A stretch of DNA of 30,795 bases, from positions 1 to 30,795 of the forward strand of contig JBFMGO010000076.1 of assembly GCA_040752695.1 (NCBI GenBank), written 5' to 3'. Both the position numbers and the translations under genes were made by a program. Positions 7,530 through 16,903 of this stretch are shown one piece after another (position 1 is the first letter of the stretch; each line of letters opens with the position of its first letter). This stretch comes from a bacterium (GTDB lineage Bacteria; SZUA-182; DTGQ01). The notes beneath the pieces were generated by a model. The model was not told the origin of the DNA. It searched no databases and worked only from the letters and a program-made list of their open reading frames with translations.

Positions 7530-8531
7530 TCATCTACTGGCGTCGCTGACACAGTTCACCCATCGGTACCTCTCCTTATATTGCTCAAAATTCCACCCAT
7601 GCAGGAATGTCTCGGCTGCTTTCACTCCTGACTCAAAGAGTTTGTTGCTTTTTTCTCGCGACAGGTCAAATTCGGTTGTCCTTACGTTACAGGTATGAAT
7701 CGGGATCGTGCGGACGAAGTGAGCATCTTTGATATGATAGCCGTCATGAGCTTCCATCATGGTGTCGAATAATGCGGCAAAGAGGGTGATGGGTCCGTTG
7801 ATAGTGTGAGGTTTTCCTTCTGTCCGATCGATCAGCTTAAAACCAAATGTAGGCCAGGGAGGATTATCTGAACCGTCATCCATAAGCCACACAGGAAAAT
7901 TGCTCAGGACACCTCCATCCACTATGTAGCAGGGATGCCCGCTGAGGTCCTTAATGATAACGGGCTCATAAAAAAACGGTATGCTCATACTCATTCTGAC
8001 TGCATGGGCTATGTCCAGATCATCAGGATTTATTCCATAATCGACAATATCACGGGGGAGTACAAGCATTTTCCCTCGTGAAATATCTGAAGCAATCACC
8101 TGAAGCTTATATCGAAACTGAATATTGTCCTTATAATCCTCCATAATCAGATCCCTGAAGGTCCTGACCTTTCCTTTCGGCGCATGTTCAAGAAGATCCC
8201 GCAGCCAGGATTCGAAAAATTTCCCCTCATAGATGCCCTTTTCAAAACCAAGGCTCAAGGCAGGCCCTAAGCCCGGAATTTTGTCTAACCAATTCTCATC
8301 CTTGAATCTATTATAATCTAAGCTCTCAATAATTCTTTTTAAATCTTCCGACGTATACCCTGCGGCAATCAAAGAAGCAACGATAGCTCCAGCAGATGTA
8401 CCGGCGACATTTTCAAACTGAAAACCTCTCTCTTCCACTATGGAAACTGCTCCGACAAGGCCGATGCCCTTGACCCCGCCACCTTCAAACACAGCATCAA
8501 CTTTATTCCTGCCATTTTTACTATCGGTCAT
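7530..8531 (-). CDS. Patatin-like phospholipase
   Basis: GGGVKG oxyanion motif, GTSAG nucleophile and DGG catalytic motif. GAGGAG RBS. Confidence 0.93.
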   Translation of the reverse strand: MTDSKNGRNKVDAVFEGGGVKGIGLVGAVSIVEERGFQFENVAGTSAGAIVASLIAAGYTSEDLKRIIESLDYNRFKDENWLDKIPGLGPALSLGFEKGIYEGKFFESWLRDLLEHAPKGKVRTFRDLIMEDYKDNIQFRYKLQVIASDISRGKMLVLPRDIVDYGINPDDLDIAHAVRMSMSIPFFYEPVIIKDLSGHPCYIVDGGVLSNFPVWLMDDGSDNPPWPTFGFKLIDRTEGKPHTINGPITLFAALFDTMMEAHDGYHIKDAHFVRTIPIHTCNVRTTEFDLSREKSNKLFESGVKAAETFLHGWNFEQYKERYRWVNCVSDASR

Positions 8532-8968
8532 GATTTATCTCCTCACAATTGGATAAATGTCGATAATAACTGCAATAACTGCCGTAAAACTGATTGTTAT
8601 GGAGTCCTCCGTCTGCCTTAAAGCTAATCTGTCTGCCCTAATGCTAATATCGTGATATCTTTTCTTAAGACTAATAGAAGAAATTTGGTATGTTGCGGTA
8701 TTGATAGTTATATTATCTTTATAAGGTTAACATCATCATATTAAAAAATCAAGTTAGCACTTTTCGGGTTGACTTTCAGTCCGGCTCTATACATTTATAA
8801 TGAGTGTGTACTGCTGGCGGGATAGCTCTTTATATAAAAGGGGGAAGGACAATAACCGCTCGCCTATTGAGCGCGCAATGGAATAACATTTTCCTTGACG
8901 CACGAGAATTTTCGTTTTTATTTGTGCAGCTTACCAGAAGTATCGTTGCTGCCTTACAAAAAGTATCA

Positions 8969-10093
8969 TTACTGCCTTACAAAAGCGATGCTGGCAAATC
9001 CTATCACCTGTTTTCTCGCTCTGGTTGTATCGCCTGAATTCTCATAATCGATGAGCTGAGCTGACCATTTCTTTTGCCTGGCTATCTCCATGAGAACGGC
9101 AATCGAAGTCTTGCCGCAGGCATCTGAGGAGGCCAGGGTATTGAAATCGAAAGAGGTAATGGCTTTGGTGGTTTTTTGGTCCAGGGATGCGGCCTGTTCG
9201 TAAGGATGCTGCTCAGACAAATCGGAACTGGCAATGATGAGACTGTCGTCGTTTAGGTAGGGCAGGATCTGCTGAGCCAGTTTTATCGGGTCTACCTTGC
9301 TGCCGACAAGGATGGGGACGAGCTCAAACTGCTTTAAAACCTGCTGTAAGAAGGGGAGTTGCATCTCGATGGATTGCTCATGGGTTGTCTGGCCCTTGGG
9401 AGGAGGCACAAATCCCGGCTGTTTGCGGAGCTTCTCGGCTATTCCTGCCAGGGGTATCTCACCCAGAGGTGTCTGGCAGGACTTCTGTGCTAGAACGGAA
9501 GCTCCGGAAAAATTGGCCTGATGGCTTGGGCCAAAAATAAATACCGTCTTGATCGGAGGAACCAGTTGCTTATAGCCTGCTGCGGCCACGATACCGGAGG
9601 AAAGATACCCATGGTGGGGAGATAGTAACCCGGCAATTCTTCCTTGTACTTTGTTTCCTGTAGCTGCGGATAATAGTCGCTGCACCAGGAGCCGAAGCAT
9701 GGCCGGGTTCGGCGGGTAGGAGCGGCTGCCAGCACGCGATGGACCTGATTGCATGGCCGCAGCGGGCTCCTTCGCCCGGCTGGCCTGTTGTCCCTGGGCT
9801 TTGCTGGCGGTAATCTGGATAAAGTGTCCTTGCGCTTTGCCAGCTTGCCGGGCTGTCTGTCCCTCCTGGGTTTCGCCTGCTTGTTGCCAGGCAGCCAGAT
9901 CCTCCTGCGCTTTGCCAGCTTGCCGGGTGGCCTGACTCTCCTGCGCTTTGCTGGCGGCAGGCTGGGCAAGGCTTTTTGCACCTGGTTGGGCAAGACCGAT
10001 CGCAAGCAGAATCAAAGATACTGCTCCGAGCAGGAGCAAAAATCCCGCTCCGGGCAGGGGAAAAGGGGAAAAAACGGCAGGCCATCGACGCAT
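8969..10093 (-). CDS. MEMO1 / AmmeMemoRadiSam protein B homologue with signal peptide and repeat linker
   Basis: PHxGY.SSG, GPSH, TPLG.I, SIEMQLPFLQ, IIASSDLS, ACG, Y.NSGD and V(I)G(F)AS. Hydrophobic N-terminus and AGGAGG RBS. Confidence 0.88.
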   Translation of the reverse strand: MRRWPAVFSPFPLPGAGFLLLLGAVSLILLAIGLAQPGAKSLAQPAASKAQESQATRQAGKAQEDLAAWQQAGETQEGQTARQAGKAQGHFIQITASKAQGQQASRAKEPAAAMQSGPSRAGSRSYPPNPAMLRLLVQRLLSAATGNKVQGRIAGLLSPHHGYLSSGIVAAAGYKQLVPPIKTVFIFGPSHQANFSGASVLAQKSCQTPLGEIPLAGIAEKLRKQPGFVPPPKGQTTHEQSIEMQLPFLQQVLKQFELVPILVGSKVDPIKLAQQILPYLNDDSLIIASSDLSEQHPYEQAASLDQKTTKAITSFDFNTLASSDACGKTSIAVLMEIARQKKWSAQLIDYENSGDTTRARKQVIGFASIAFVRQ

Positions 10094-10136
10094 TTTTTTA
10101 TTCCTCCTTACAAGATTTGATAGCGTATAGAAAACA

Positions 10137-11429
10137 TCACAAGATCTTGACAGCAGAAAGAAAGCATCCGATACTCAATGTACGGGCATCTCCTTGAGCA
10201 GGCTGGATGCTCTTTCTTTCAGCCGGCTGGGTGCTCTCTTTTGATATTGCGTATTTTAGTGAATTAGTAGTGTAATTATAATAAATAATGTGGGCTTGTC
10301 CAGAAGAATCTAAAGCCAGGGAGGTTGGCCCTTCGATATCCTCGTCTCTATTTACTACTTGAATTTGCCAGGTCTTGCCATCATGGGCGGCATACATTAA
10401 AGCGTGCGCAGTCTGGCTGAAATAGCTTATATGCGGCCTTCCCTTATGGTCCAGGGCAAGTGCTGTAAAATCACCAGTCTTTTCCGTTGTCTTGTCCGGC
10501 GAGCCGTCGACTGTTTCTGTGATCCATTCTTCGCCGCTGCGAAAGGCGTACTTCAGGTTGCGATTGGTCCAATCACAGTAGCTGATGCAAGGGCGCCCGT
10601 CTCCGTCAACGGCCAGAGATGGAGAGTATCCAATATTTCCATCGCTGTCTACGGTCTCCATGGACCAGTCCTTCCCCTCCGTCTTGCAGGCGTACTTAAG
10701 ATTTTGTTGAACCTTGTCATAGTAGGCGATATGGACATTCCCCGCTGAATCGAGGGCAAGGGAACTTTCCGTACCGGCACCCTCGGAATCATCAACAACT
10801 TCGCTCACGAATTCAAACTCATCAATGGATTCACGTTTACTCTCATTGAAGGTTACGTATTTTAACCTTTTTTGCCTGGCATCATAGTAGCTGATATGAA
10901 CCACTCCCTGTGAATCCATGCCTATTGAGGCAGAAGGGTTAATATTTTTCGAATCATCGATAATATGGGAAGCCCATTTTCCACCCTTCTTATGGGCATA
11001 GATCAAATGGCCATCGTATGAGCAATAGCAAAAATGAGGGTTATTTGAGGTGTCAAGGGCAAGGGCGGCAAATCCGTTTACCTCATTAACATCATGTATT
11101 TCTTCTGCCAGCCAGACGAGATAGTTCTCCCGGTCCAATGAACGCAGGTGGTTAAGGTTGCCTGCTCCGTCGCCGTAAGCCAGATGCACACATTCCTGAT
11201 CATCCAGGGCGATTGAGTGGATAGAGTAATAGTAATTAAAGTGATTCAGGCTTTGAATAGTACAGATTTTCCAGCTTGCCTCGGACACGGAGGGAATAAG
11301 CAGCACGGAGGGAATAAACACAAAGGCGATAAGCACAGAAGCAATAAGTACAGAGGGAACAAGAAAACGGAAAAAAAAAGAGATAGAAGTAATAATGGCC
11401 GGAAATCTATCCATACGCTTAAGAAACAT
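10137..11429 (-). CDS. Secreted beta-propeller repeat protein with CFI-box-like C-terminus
   Basis: About 7 repeats of S(L/I)ALD..G..HI.YY....LKYA....W....VD, a hydrophobic N-terminus and a terminal GCFLSAV. Confidence 0.8.
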   Translation of the reverse strand: MFLKRMDRFPAIITSISFFFRFLVPSVLIASVLIAFVFIPSVLLIPSVSEASWKICTIQSLNHFNYYYSIHSIALDDQECVHLAYGDGAGNLNHLRSLDRENYLVWLAEEIHDVNEVNGFAALALDTSNNPHFCYCSYDGHLIYAHKKGGKWASHIIDDSKNINPSASIGMDSQGVVHISYYDARQKRLKYVTFNESKRESIDEFEFVSEVVDDSEGAGTESSLALDSAGNVHIAYYDKVQQNLKYACKTEGKDWSMETVDSDGNIGYSPSLAVDGDGRPCISYCDWTNRNLKYAFRSGEEWITETVDGSPDKTTEKTGDFTALALDHKGRPHISYFSQTAHALMYAAHDGKTWQIQVVNRDEDIEGPTSLALDSSGQAHIIYYNYTTNSLKYAISKESTQPAERKSIQPAQGDARTLSIGCFLSAVKIL

Positions 11430-11594
11430 GGTCTCACCTTATCCTTATCCTCCCCCTCCCCTTACCTCACCCCTCAGATTTCACATCACAAACAGCCCCA
11501 ATAAGCGAGAGAATCACTTCCAACTCCCATACTTGGCTCGACAATTCTTCTGCGTTCATGTTCATTTTCAGTGAAAAGCTGGGGTAGTTCAGCA

Positions 11595-11628
11595 ATTTCG
11601 TCATTCTGAGCGAAGGCTTAGAATCCAG
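11595..11628 (+). repeat. Family D-related 34-bp arm (left)
   Basis: ATTTCGTCATTCTGAGCGAAGGCTTAGAATCCAG, with inverted partner at 12067-12100 (2 mismatches). Confidence 0.85.
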
Positions 11629-12066
11629 AAATAATTACCAGGATTCTTGGTGTTCACGAACGCTGGACATGAGCATTCTTCTAATATAGTAATATAGCAG
11701 GTTGAGAAAGATTACTTCAATAGCAGCAGAGATTTTACCTCTTTGAATTTTGGTGTAAAGTGAGGAGTTTATTTCATGGTAGAGCTGAGTTTACACACTC
11801 ATATGGACAATTTCAAGACCTTCCCTCGAAACCGGTGTCGCCGACTTCCATTCTGTGCACTACAAAGACCTCCATCCTGCACATTAAAAAGACAAGTTCC
11901 TTCGCTTCCTTTACCTGGCGAAAGGGTCAGGAGATGTTCAAAATCCCCATATATTTAAAAAAGATACAAGAAGTTAACCCCAAAAAGTAACCCACTTTCC
12001 GATGGAAAATCCGATTTAATATCATCAAGGTAATCTAGTACCTCTTCACAGTCAAGTTTGTGAAGA

Positions 12067-12100
12067 CTGGATTCTAAGCTTTCGCTCAGAATAACGAAAT
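12067..12100 (-). repeat. Family D-related 34-bp arm (right)
   Basis: CTGGATTCTAAGCTTTCGCTCAGAATAACGAAAT. Confidence 0.85.
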
Positions 12101-12267
12101 GGCAGACTACAAATTTAAGAGTGAAGGGGTACCAGCTTATGTAATACCATTTCCCAATTTAATTGGTGCATAAGTATCCTTGTGGCCAGCGCTTTAAGGA
12201 AATGATTTATGCCTGGTTTCATGTGAGAAATGATATAAGATTGTCAAATGAGGATGAGGTGAAAAAG

Positions 12268-13122
12268 ATGAAAAAGGTAATGATTATATTCCTGATATGC
12301 ATATGTATCACATTATTCGTTACGGGTACCTCACATGCCCTGGCGAATGACGGTAGGGAGGATTTCTCAATAAAGCCTGATGCTAATACGAGTGGTGTAC
12401 TCACTCCTGGTCAAATCCTTTATTCTCTCGAGGATGGAGCAAAGGAAGACGATTTTATAATTCCAACCGGAGGCTTAGACGTGACAGGCATTTCCGGTCA
12501 TCATAGGTGCGAGCCCTGGAATCACAATGTAACGCTCTCGGCTATGATTGAAGGCGACTACTTCTTGAAGTACTCTGTTTGCGGTAGTTCGGATATTTTT
12601 GAGTGGTGTATAAACGGACCTCAACCGGTTCCTTCCGGGCCTGGGCGAAATGTCTCATTCGCCCATATTCACGATACTGCCGCAGACTTAGGTCTAACCG
12701 GTCAGGATCTCGATGCCCTTGAAGCCCATGACCATCCGCTCTATCCAATTCCGTATCCCGGAGTGCCGCTCGACTGGGAGGATAAAGCGGTCTATTACGC
12801 GGTTGATAACTGTAATGAAGTATATTTTGGCAACTTTTCATCTTGCTGGGGAACTGTATATCACACTTTTCCCGAGGCTATTGATGGCTTGATTGTCTAT
12901 GATGTGACAGGTGGATTGGACACTTTCGATGCCGGAACTGACATACTGGACAGCGATGCCATTTTCTACTCTTTAGTGCCAGGCGAAACGGATCCAATTG
13001 GAGATAACATCTATTGGTACAGTGCAGCATTTGGGGGAATTGGCGGGCTTTATGCTGATCCACATCTTAGTGAAAATGTGGATGCCCTGGATAATCACCC
13101 TGCGCCGGAACAAGTCCAGTAA
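12268..13122 (+). CDS. Secreted acidic hypothetical protein
   Basis: MKKVMIIFLICICITLFVTGTSHA Sec signal after a GAGG RBS, recurring D(V/L)D(A/G)L motifs, ends HPAPEQVQ. Confidence 0.75.
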   Translation: MKKVMIIFLICICITLFVTGTSHALANDGREDFSIKPDANTSGVLTPGQILYSLEDGAKEDDFIIPTGGLDVTGISGHHRCEPWNHNVTLSAMIEGDYFLKYSVCGSSDIFEWCINGPQPVPSGPGRNVSFAHIHDTAADLGLTGQDLDALEAHDHPLYPIPYPGVPLDWEDKAVYYAVDNCNEVYFGNFSSCWGTVYHTFPEAIDGLIVYDVTGGLDTFDAGTDILDSDAIFYSLVPGETDPIGDNIYWYSAAFGGIGGLYADPHLSENVDALDNHPAPEQVQ

Positions 13123-13302
13123 TCCATCTTTGCATGGAGCACAGAGGTGGCTTATATTCATCTAATTGTACATGGTGCGTAAGTGTGTGGTATTGTAGTA
13201 CTTGGTATATAGTGTGTTATGCATGGTGCATAGCGTGTCGTGTAGTGCACAATGCTCTGTGCGAGGTGCGTATCTTATGGGAGGATACTACCAAAAGATC
13301 AC

Positions 13303-13342
13303 CCTCACCTATCCCCTCCCTTAAGGAAGGGGATAGGTGAGG
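13303..13342. terminator. 15-bp perfect stem hairpin between convergent genes
   Basis: CCTCACCTATCCCCT-loop-AGGGGATAGGTGAGG. No U-tract, so it may be a palindromic repeat instead. Confidence 0.45.
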
Positions 13343-13409
13343 CCCACCTCAAAGGGGAAAAAACCGGCGAAAAATTTTCGCTGAGCTGTAGTAGTGTGTT
13401 TATTCCCAC

Positions 13410-13480
13410 CGCTCATATATGTCAGACAACATACCATTCTAAAAGAATGGATGTGGTGGCTATCTAATATGAGCGAATCC
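13410..13480. mobile_element. MITE-like family A, short copy
   Basis: TIR CGCTCATA...TATGAGCG with internal CAACATACC and GTG.TGGCTA shared with the 15856 and 17762 copies. Confidence 0.65.
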
Positions 13481-13511
13481 AGTTACCCCTCAACATTCAA
13501 TTGACAAGCCC

Positions 13512-14171
13512 TTAGCTACTGATCCAACTTCGGTTCTTTTTTCGGTAAATGTGTAGACTGAATGTCAGAATAGTGCAAAAAAACGAAGAAATGGCAAGGT
13601 ACAGTTTTGATTCCGCAACCGGGTGTTTTCGTTTGGTTCCGGTCTGAATAATTTTCAAGCTTTCGGCATGGATATCCAATTCCCCTCCATGCTGCTTGCA
13701 TGCTTTATGAAAGATACCGCTTACCTCGACGGTATCGCCGTTCTGCTTGTAGTCTCCGATAAACCGAATGGATTTAACCATGCTTGTGGGACAATAGATC
13801 CCAAGGGCCTGAGAGCCGTCATTGACATTAATCCAGCAGTAAGCACCCCGGTCCATGATATCGCCCACAACTTCACCGCGAAACTGAACGGTTTGTCCAT
13901 CGAGCCGGTTACTCTGATTAATGAGCGTATCACTGGACAGAAGCCTGCCCTGGCTGATGCAAGGGGAGAGAACAATCATCAGGGCAAAGAGAAAAAAGAA
14001 AAGGTGGTGAGCTTTTTCCCGAAAATTGTTCTTCGTTCCTTCTCCTGCCCGGAAAATTACCCTTTGACTCAAACTCTTCATCAAATCTAAGCTCTTTATC
14101 TGACTTAAACTCCTTATCTGGTCTAAGCACTTCATCTGATCCAAGCTCTTTATCTGGCCTGTATTTTTCAT
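13512..14171 (-). CDS. Membrane-anchored OB-fold-like accessory protein in the trk operon
   Basis: ATGA overlap with the trkH stop, hydrophobic segment, V.F.GEVVGD...WINVND...GD.VEV.G.F, and a C-terminal TM helix with basic tail. Confidence 0.75.
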   Translation of the reverse strand: MKNTGQIKSLDQMKCLDQIRSLSQIKSLDLMKSLSQRVIFRAGEGTKNNFREKAHHLFFFLFALMIVLSPCISQGRLLSSDTLINQSNRLDGQTVQFRGEVVGDIMDRGAYCWINVNDGSQALGIYCPTSMVKSIRFIGDYKQNGDTVEVSGIFHKACKQHGGELDIHAESLKIIQTGTKRKHPVAESKLYLAISSFFCTILTFSLHIYRKKNRSWISS

Positions 14172-15670
14172 CGTCCCCTCACCTGAGCCCAGACAAAAGC
14201 TATCAAGGCAAAAATCGATATGAACTCCAATCGTCCAGCCCACATCATAAATATGTAGACTACTTTCATAACAGCAGGCATGGCTGCGGAGGTCAGGCCG
14301 CACGAAAGACCGCTGTTGCTGCCTGCGGATACAGAGTCAAACAGCGAGGGCAGCAGAGGATATCCATAAAAGAGGCCGACCACGGCCCCAAGGAGGTACA
14401 TCCCCATGTAGGAGATGGTAATTAAGCCTGCGGCGCGCACGTGGCGGTCTTCGAGCACTATGTCTCTTATATGGTGAAATTTGTGCGTTATCACGGCAGA
14501 GTCAGGAGAAAAAATCCGGTGAATATCGTTGATCAGGGATTGAAAGAGAACACCTACCCGGATGCCCTTGATTCCACCGGCAGTGGAGCAGGCACTGCCT
14601 CCGATGGACATGGCAATCATGATGCCCATGGTGGCCAGGATATTCCAGCTATTGAGAAATTGAACGGGATACATGGTCGCGTTCCCGGTTGTCGTGTGAG
14701 CCGAGACAATCTGATAAAAACAGCGGCGAAATAAAGAGGCAAGATTCGGATAGAAGAGTGTCTGCATCAATCCGATGACGCTGACCACGCTGGTAACCAG
14801 AACCGTCGTGGAAAAGGAGACCGTTTCAATGTTGCGGCGGACTTCCTTATAGTTTCCCTGCCAGATAGAATAATGAAGGGCAAAATTATAGGATCCAATA
14901 ACAAAGATAACCATAGTCACCAGTTCGACTAAAGAGCTATGGTAGTAAAGCAGGTTTTGGGATTGCGGCGCAAATCCTCCGGTGCTCCAGGAGCCCATGA
15001 AAATCCACAGGCCGTGCAGCAGGGATCTTAAAGGTGTCATCCCGGCCAGGAGATTGGCTACAAACAAGGCGACCGTTCCAACAGTCAGATAGGTCAGACT
15101 GATCATCCATATGGCCCGGGCAGTCTGAACGACGTTGGGCAACAGCCTCTCGTCCTTGCCCTCACCTACATAGAGGCGGTAGGCCCCTGCCGTCCCCTTG
15201 ACCAGAAAGGTGATGGCAACCACGATCATTCCCTGGCCGCCCAGGTAAGTCAAAAGGTGCCGCCACATATTCAGGCCGTGTGAAACATGGTCAAGATTTT
15301 GGATCATGCACAGGCCGGTAGTGGTATAGCCACTCATGATATCGAAACAGGCATCGAGGTAGGAGAGAAAGTGCCCACTGAGATAATGCGGAATAGCCCC
15401 CAGCAGCGTAGCCAAAGCCCATGAGAAAGCGGCGGTAACCATACCGTGCATCCAGAGTAAGTCACGGTCGGTTTCGCAGAGCATCGTCAGGCTGAGTCCG
15501 ACTATGAGGCAGGCACTCATGCCGATGGCAAAGTCGAGGGCAGGGTTCCACTCGGCGAAGAGCAGGGAGGTCAAAAGGGGCACGACCATAACCAAGCCAA
15601 TGCCTGTGATGATTTTCCCTGTATAAAAGCCGATGATCAGGTAATCTTGCTTTTGGGGTTTTAGTAACAT
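14168..15670 (-). CDS. trkH: Trk potassium uptake membrane protein
   Basis: Polytopic membrane protein with pore-loop motifs SGYTTTG, WSTGGF, GGSACSTAGGIK, SNSGLS and MWAGRLE. Confidence 0.93.
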   Translation of the reverse strand: MLLKPQKQDYLIIGFYTGKIITGIGLVMVVPLLTSLLFAEWNPALDFAIGMSACLIVGLSLTMLCETDRDLLWMHGMVTAAFSWALATLLGAIPHYLSGHFLSYLDACFDIMSGYTTTGLCMIQNLDHVSHGLNMWRHLLTYLGGQGMIVVAITFLVKGTAGAYRLYVGEGKDERLLPNVVQTARAIWMISLTYLTVGTVALFVANLLAGMTPLRSLLHGLWIFMGSWSTGGFAPQSQNLLYYHSSLVELVTMVIFVIGSYNFALHYSIWQGNYKEVRRNIETVSFSTTVLVTSVVSVIGLMQTLFYPNLASLFRRCFYQIVSAHTTTGNATMYPVQFLNSWNILATMGIMIAMSIGGSACSTAGGIKGIRVGVLFQSLINDIHRIFSPDSAVITHKFHHIRDIVLEDRHVRAAGLITISYMGMYLLGAVVGLFYGYPLLPSLFDSVSAGSNSGLSCGLTSAAMPAVMKVVYIFMMWAGRLEFISIFALIAFVWAQVRGR

Positions 15671-15807
15671 CGGAACAACAGGCTCAAGGCAAATACGACA
15701 ATCGATGCTACCAGTAAAAGAGCAAGAGGAAGGGATGATTCAATAAACATCCCCCGTATTGACATGATGACTTTTCGAGATAAAGCTTCTGAATTGATTT
15801 GATCCAT
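15661..15807 (-). CDS. 48-aa single-pass membrane protein (not in ORF track)
   Basis: MDQINSEALSRKVIMSIRGMFIESSLPLALLLVASIVVFALSLLFRCY*. Its end overlaps the trkH start by 10 bp; RBS is weak. Confidence 0.5.
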   Translation of the reverse strand: MDQINSEALSRKVIMSIRGMFIESSLPLALLLVASIVVFALSLLFRCY

Positions 15808-15855
15808 AAATGTATAACCTTATGTATTCCCTCTATAATCCTTATATAAACTTAC

Positions 15856-15968
15856 TCGCTCATATTTATAAAGCAACATACCTAATAAAAAGCATCCAAT
15901 TCCGTCATTCCCGCGAAGGCGGGAATGACAAAAAAGGAATGTGATGGCTACTATATATGAGCGAATCC
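15856..15968 (+). mobile_element. MITE-like family A, long copy with nested family D hairpin
   Basis: TCGCTCATA...TATGAGCGA termini with internal GTCATTCCCGCGAAGGCGGGAATGAC. Confidence 0.75.
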
Positions 15969-15983
15969 GTATAATCCGGGTTC

Positions 15984-16652
15984 TTAATCCTCCAGCTTTC
16001 CTACCAGCATGCTGAAGGCTTCTCTTTCTTTTTCAATAGTAGTCAAAGCCACCACCTCATCTCCCTCCATAAGCATGGTATCGCCGCTGGGGATAAGCAA
16101 GTCCTCTCCCCGCAAAATGGACACCAAAACACAATCTTTGGGCAGTTTGATTTCCTTCAGCTTTTTATTTTTAGCTGGAGAAGAGGTAGGTAAATCCACG
16201 CGGACGATGGCCAGTTTTCCCTTTTTAAAGGTAAACAGGGGGATGATATCCTCCAGGGTGGTTTCTTCCTCAATGATTTTGGCAATGATTGATGTGCTGT
16301 TAACTGGAACGTCAATTCCCAGATGACTGAACGAAGACTCATTCTTCGGATCATTGACCCTGGCCACTGTCCGCTTGATGGCAAAGGACTTTTGGGCTAC
16401 CTGACAGGCAATGAGATTGTCTTCGTCATTACCGGTTACGGCAGCCAGAACATCGGCCCTTTCAATGCCCGCTTCCCTCAAGTATCTTTTTTCACAGCCA
16501 TTCCCATTGATAACCAGGCCGTTCAGCCTTTCAGCCATATATTGGCACCGGTCTTCGTCCCTTTCGATGATTACTACCGTATGCTTGTCTGCGGCCAGAG
16601 ACTTGGCCAGGTGATAGCCAACTTTTCCCCCTCCGACTAAAATAATATACAT
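15984..16652 (-). CDS. trkA: TrkA/KtrA-type RCK regulatory subunit
   Basis: MYIILVGGGKVG Rossmann motif, AGIERAD..AAVTGNDEDN and a C-terminal TrkA-C domain (IPSGDT.L.EGDEV). Confidence 0.92.
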   Translation of the reverse strand: MYIILVGGGKVGYHLAKSLAADKHTVVIIERDEDRCQYMAERLNGLVINGNGCEKRYLREAGIERADVLAAVTGNDEDNLIACQVAQKSFAIKRTVARVNDPKNESSFSHLGIDVPVNSTSIIAKIIEEETTLEDIIPLFTFKKGKLAIVRVDLPTSSPAKNKKLKEIKLPKDCVLVSILRGEDLLIPSGDTMLMEGDEVVALTTIEKEREAFSMLVGKLED

Positions 16653-16730
16653 CGCTTCTGATCCCCTGATTTGCCCTTTTGCAGAAAAAGAGGGCTTTGT
16701 GTGCCTTTCCTGCTGTGGACTGTATGAAAG

Positions 16731-16817
16731 CCTATCCGAAAAATACCTTCTCTATCCCTATCGGAAGATACTTTCTCTCCCTTTCGAAAAATACCTTTTT
16801 CTCCTTTTTTCGGATAG
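16731..16817. repeat. Family B termini with internal ~21-25 bp tandem expansion
   Basis: CCTATCCGAAAAATACC.. / CCTATCGGAAGATAC.. / CCTTTCGAAAAATACC.., ending TTTTCGGATAG. Confidence 0.6.
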
Positions 16818-16903
16818 ATTACTGAATGTGAATTCTATGTATCGTAGATTCACATTGATTATGGATTCACTTCGGCAGAAATTCACTTTGCCGCGCATTG
16901 AAT

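Noticed and set aside
7530..8531. Patatin, HD hydrolase and Uma2 as parts of a CBASS-like defence system
   Set aside because: Genes are dispersed, with no nucleotide cyclase or other defence partner adjacent.
11776..11958. 60-aa ORF after GAGGAG inside the inverted arms
   Set aside because: No recognisable domain or transposase/nuclease motif; cannot be supported as a gene.
13134..13340. 68-aa Cys/Trp-rich ORF
   Set aside because: Arises from a GT-rich low-complexity tract and runs into a hairpin repeat; no clear RBS.
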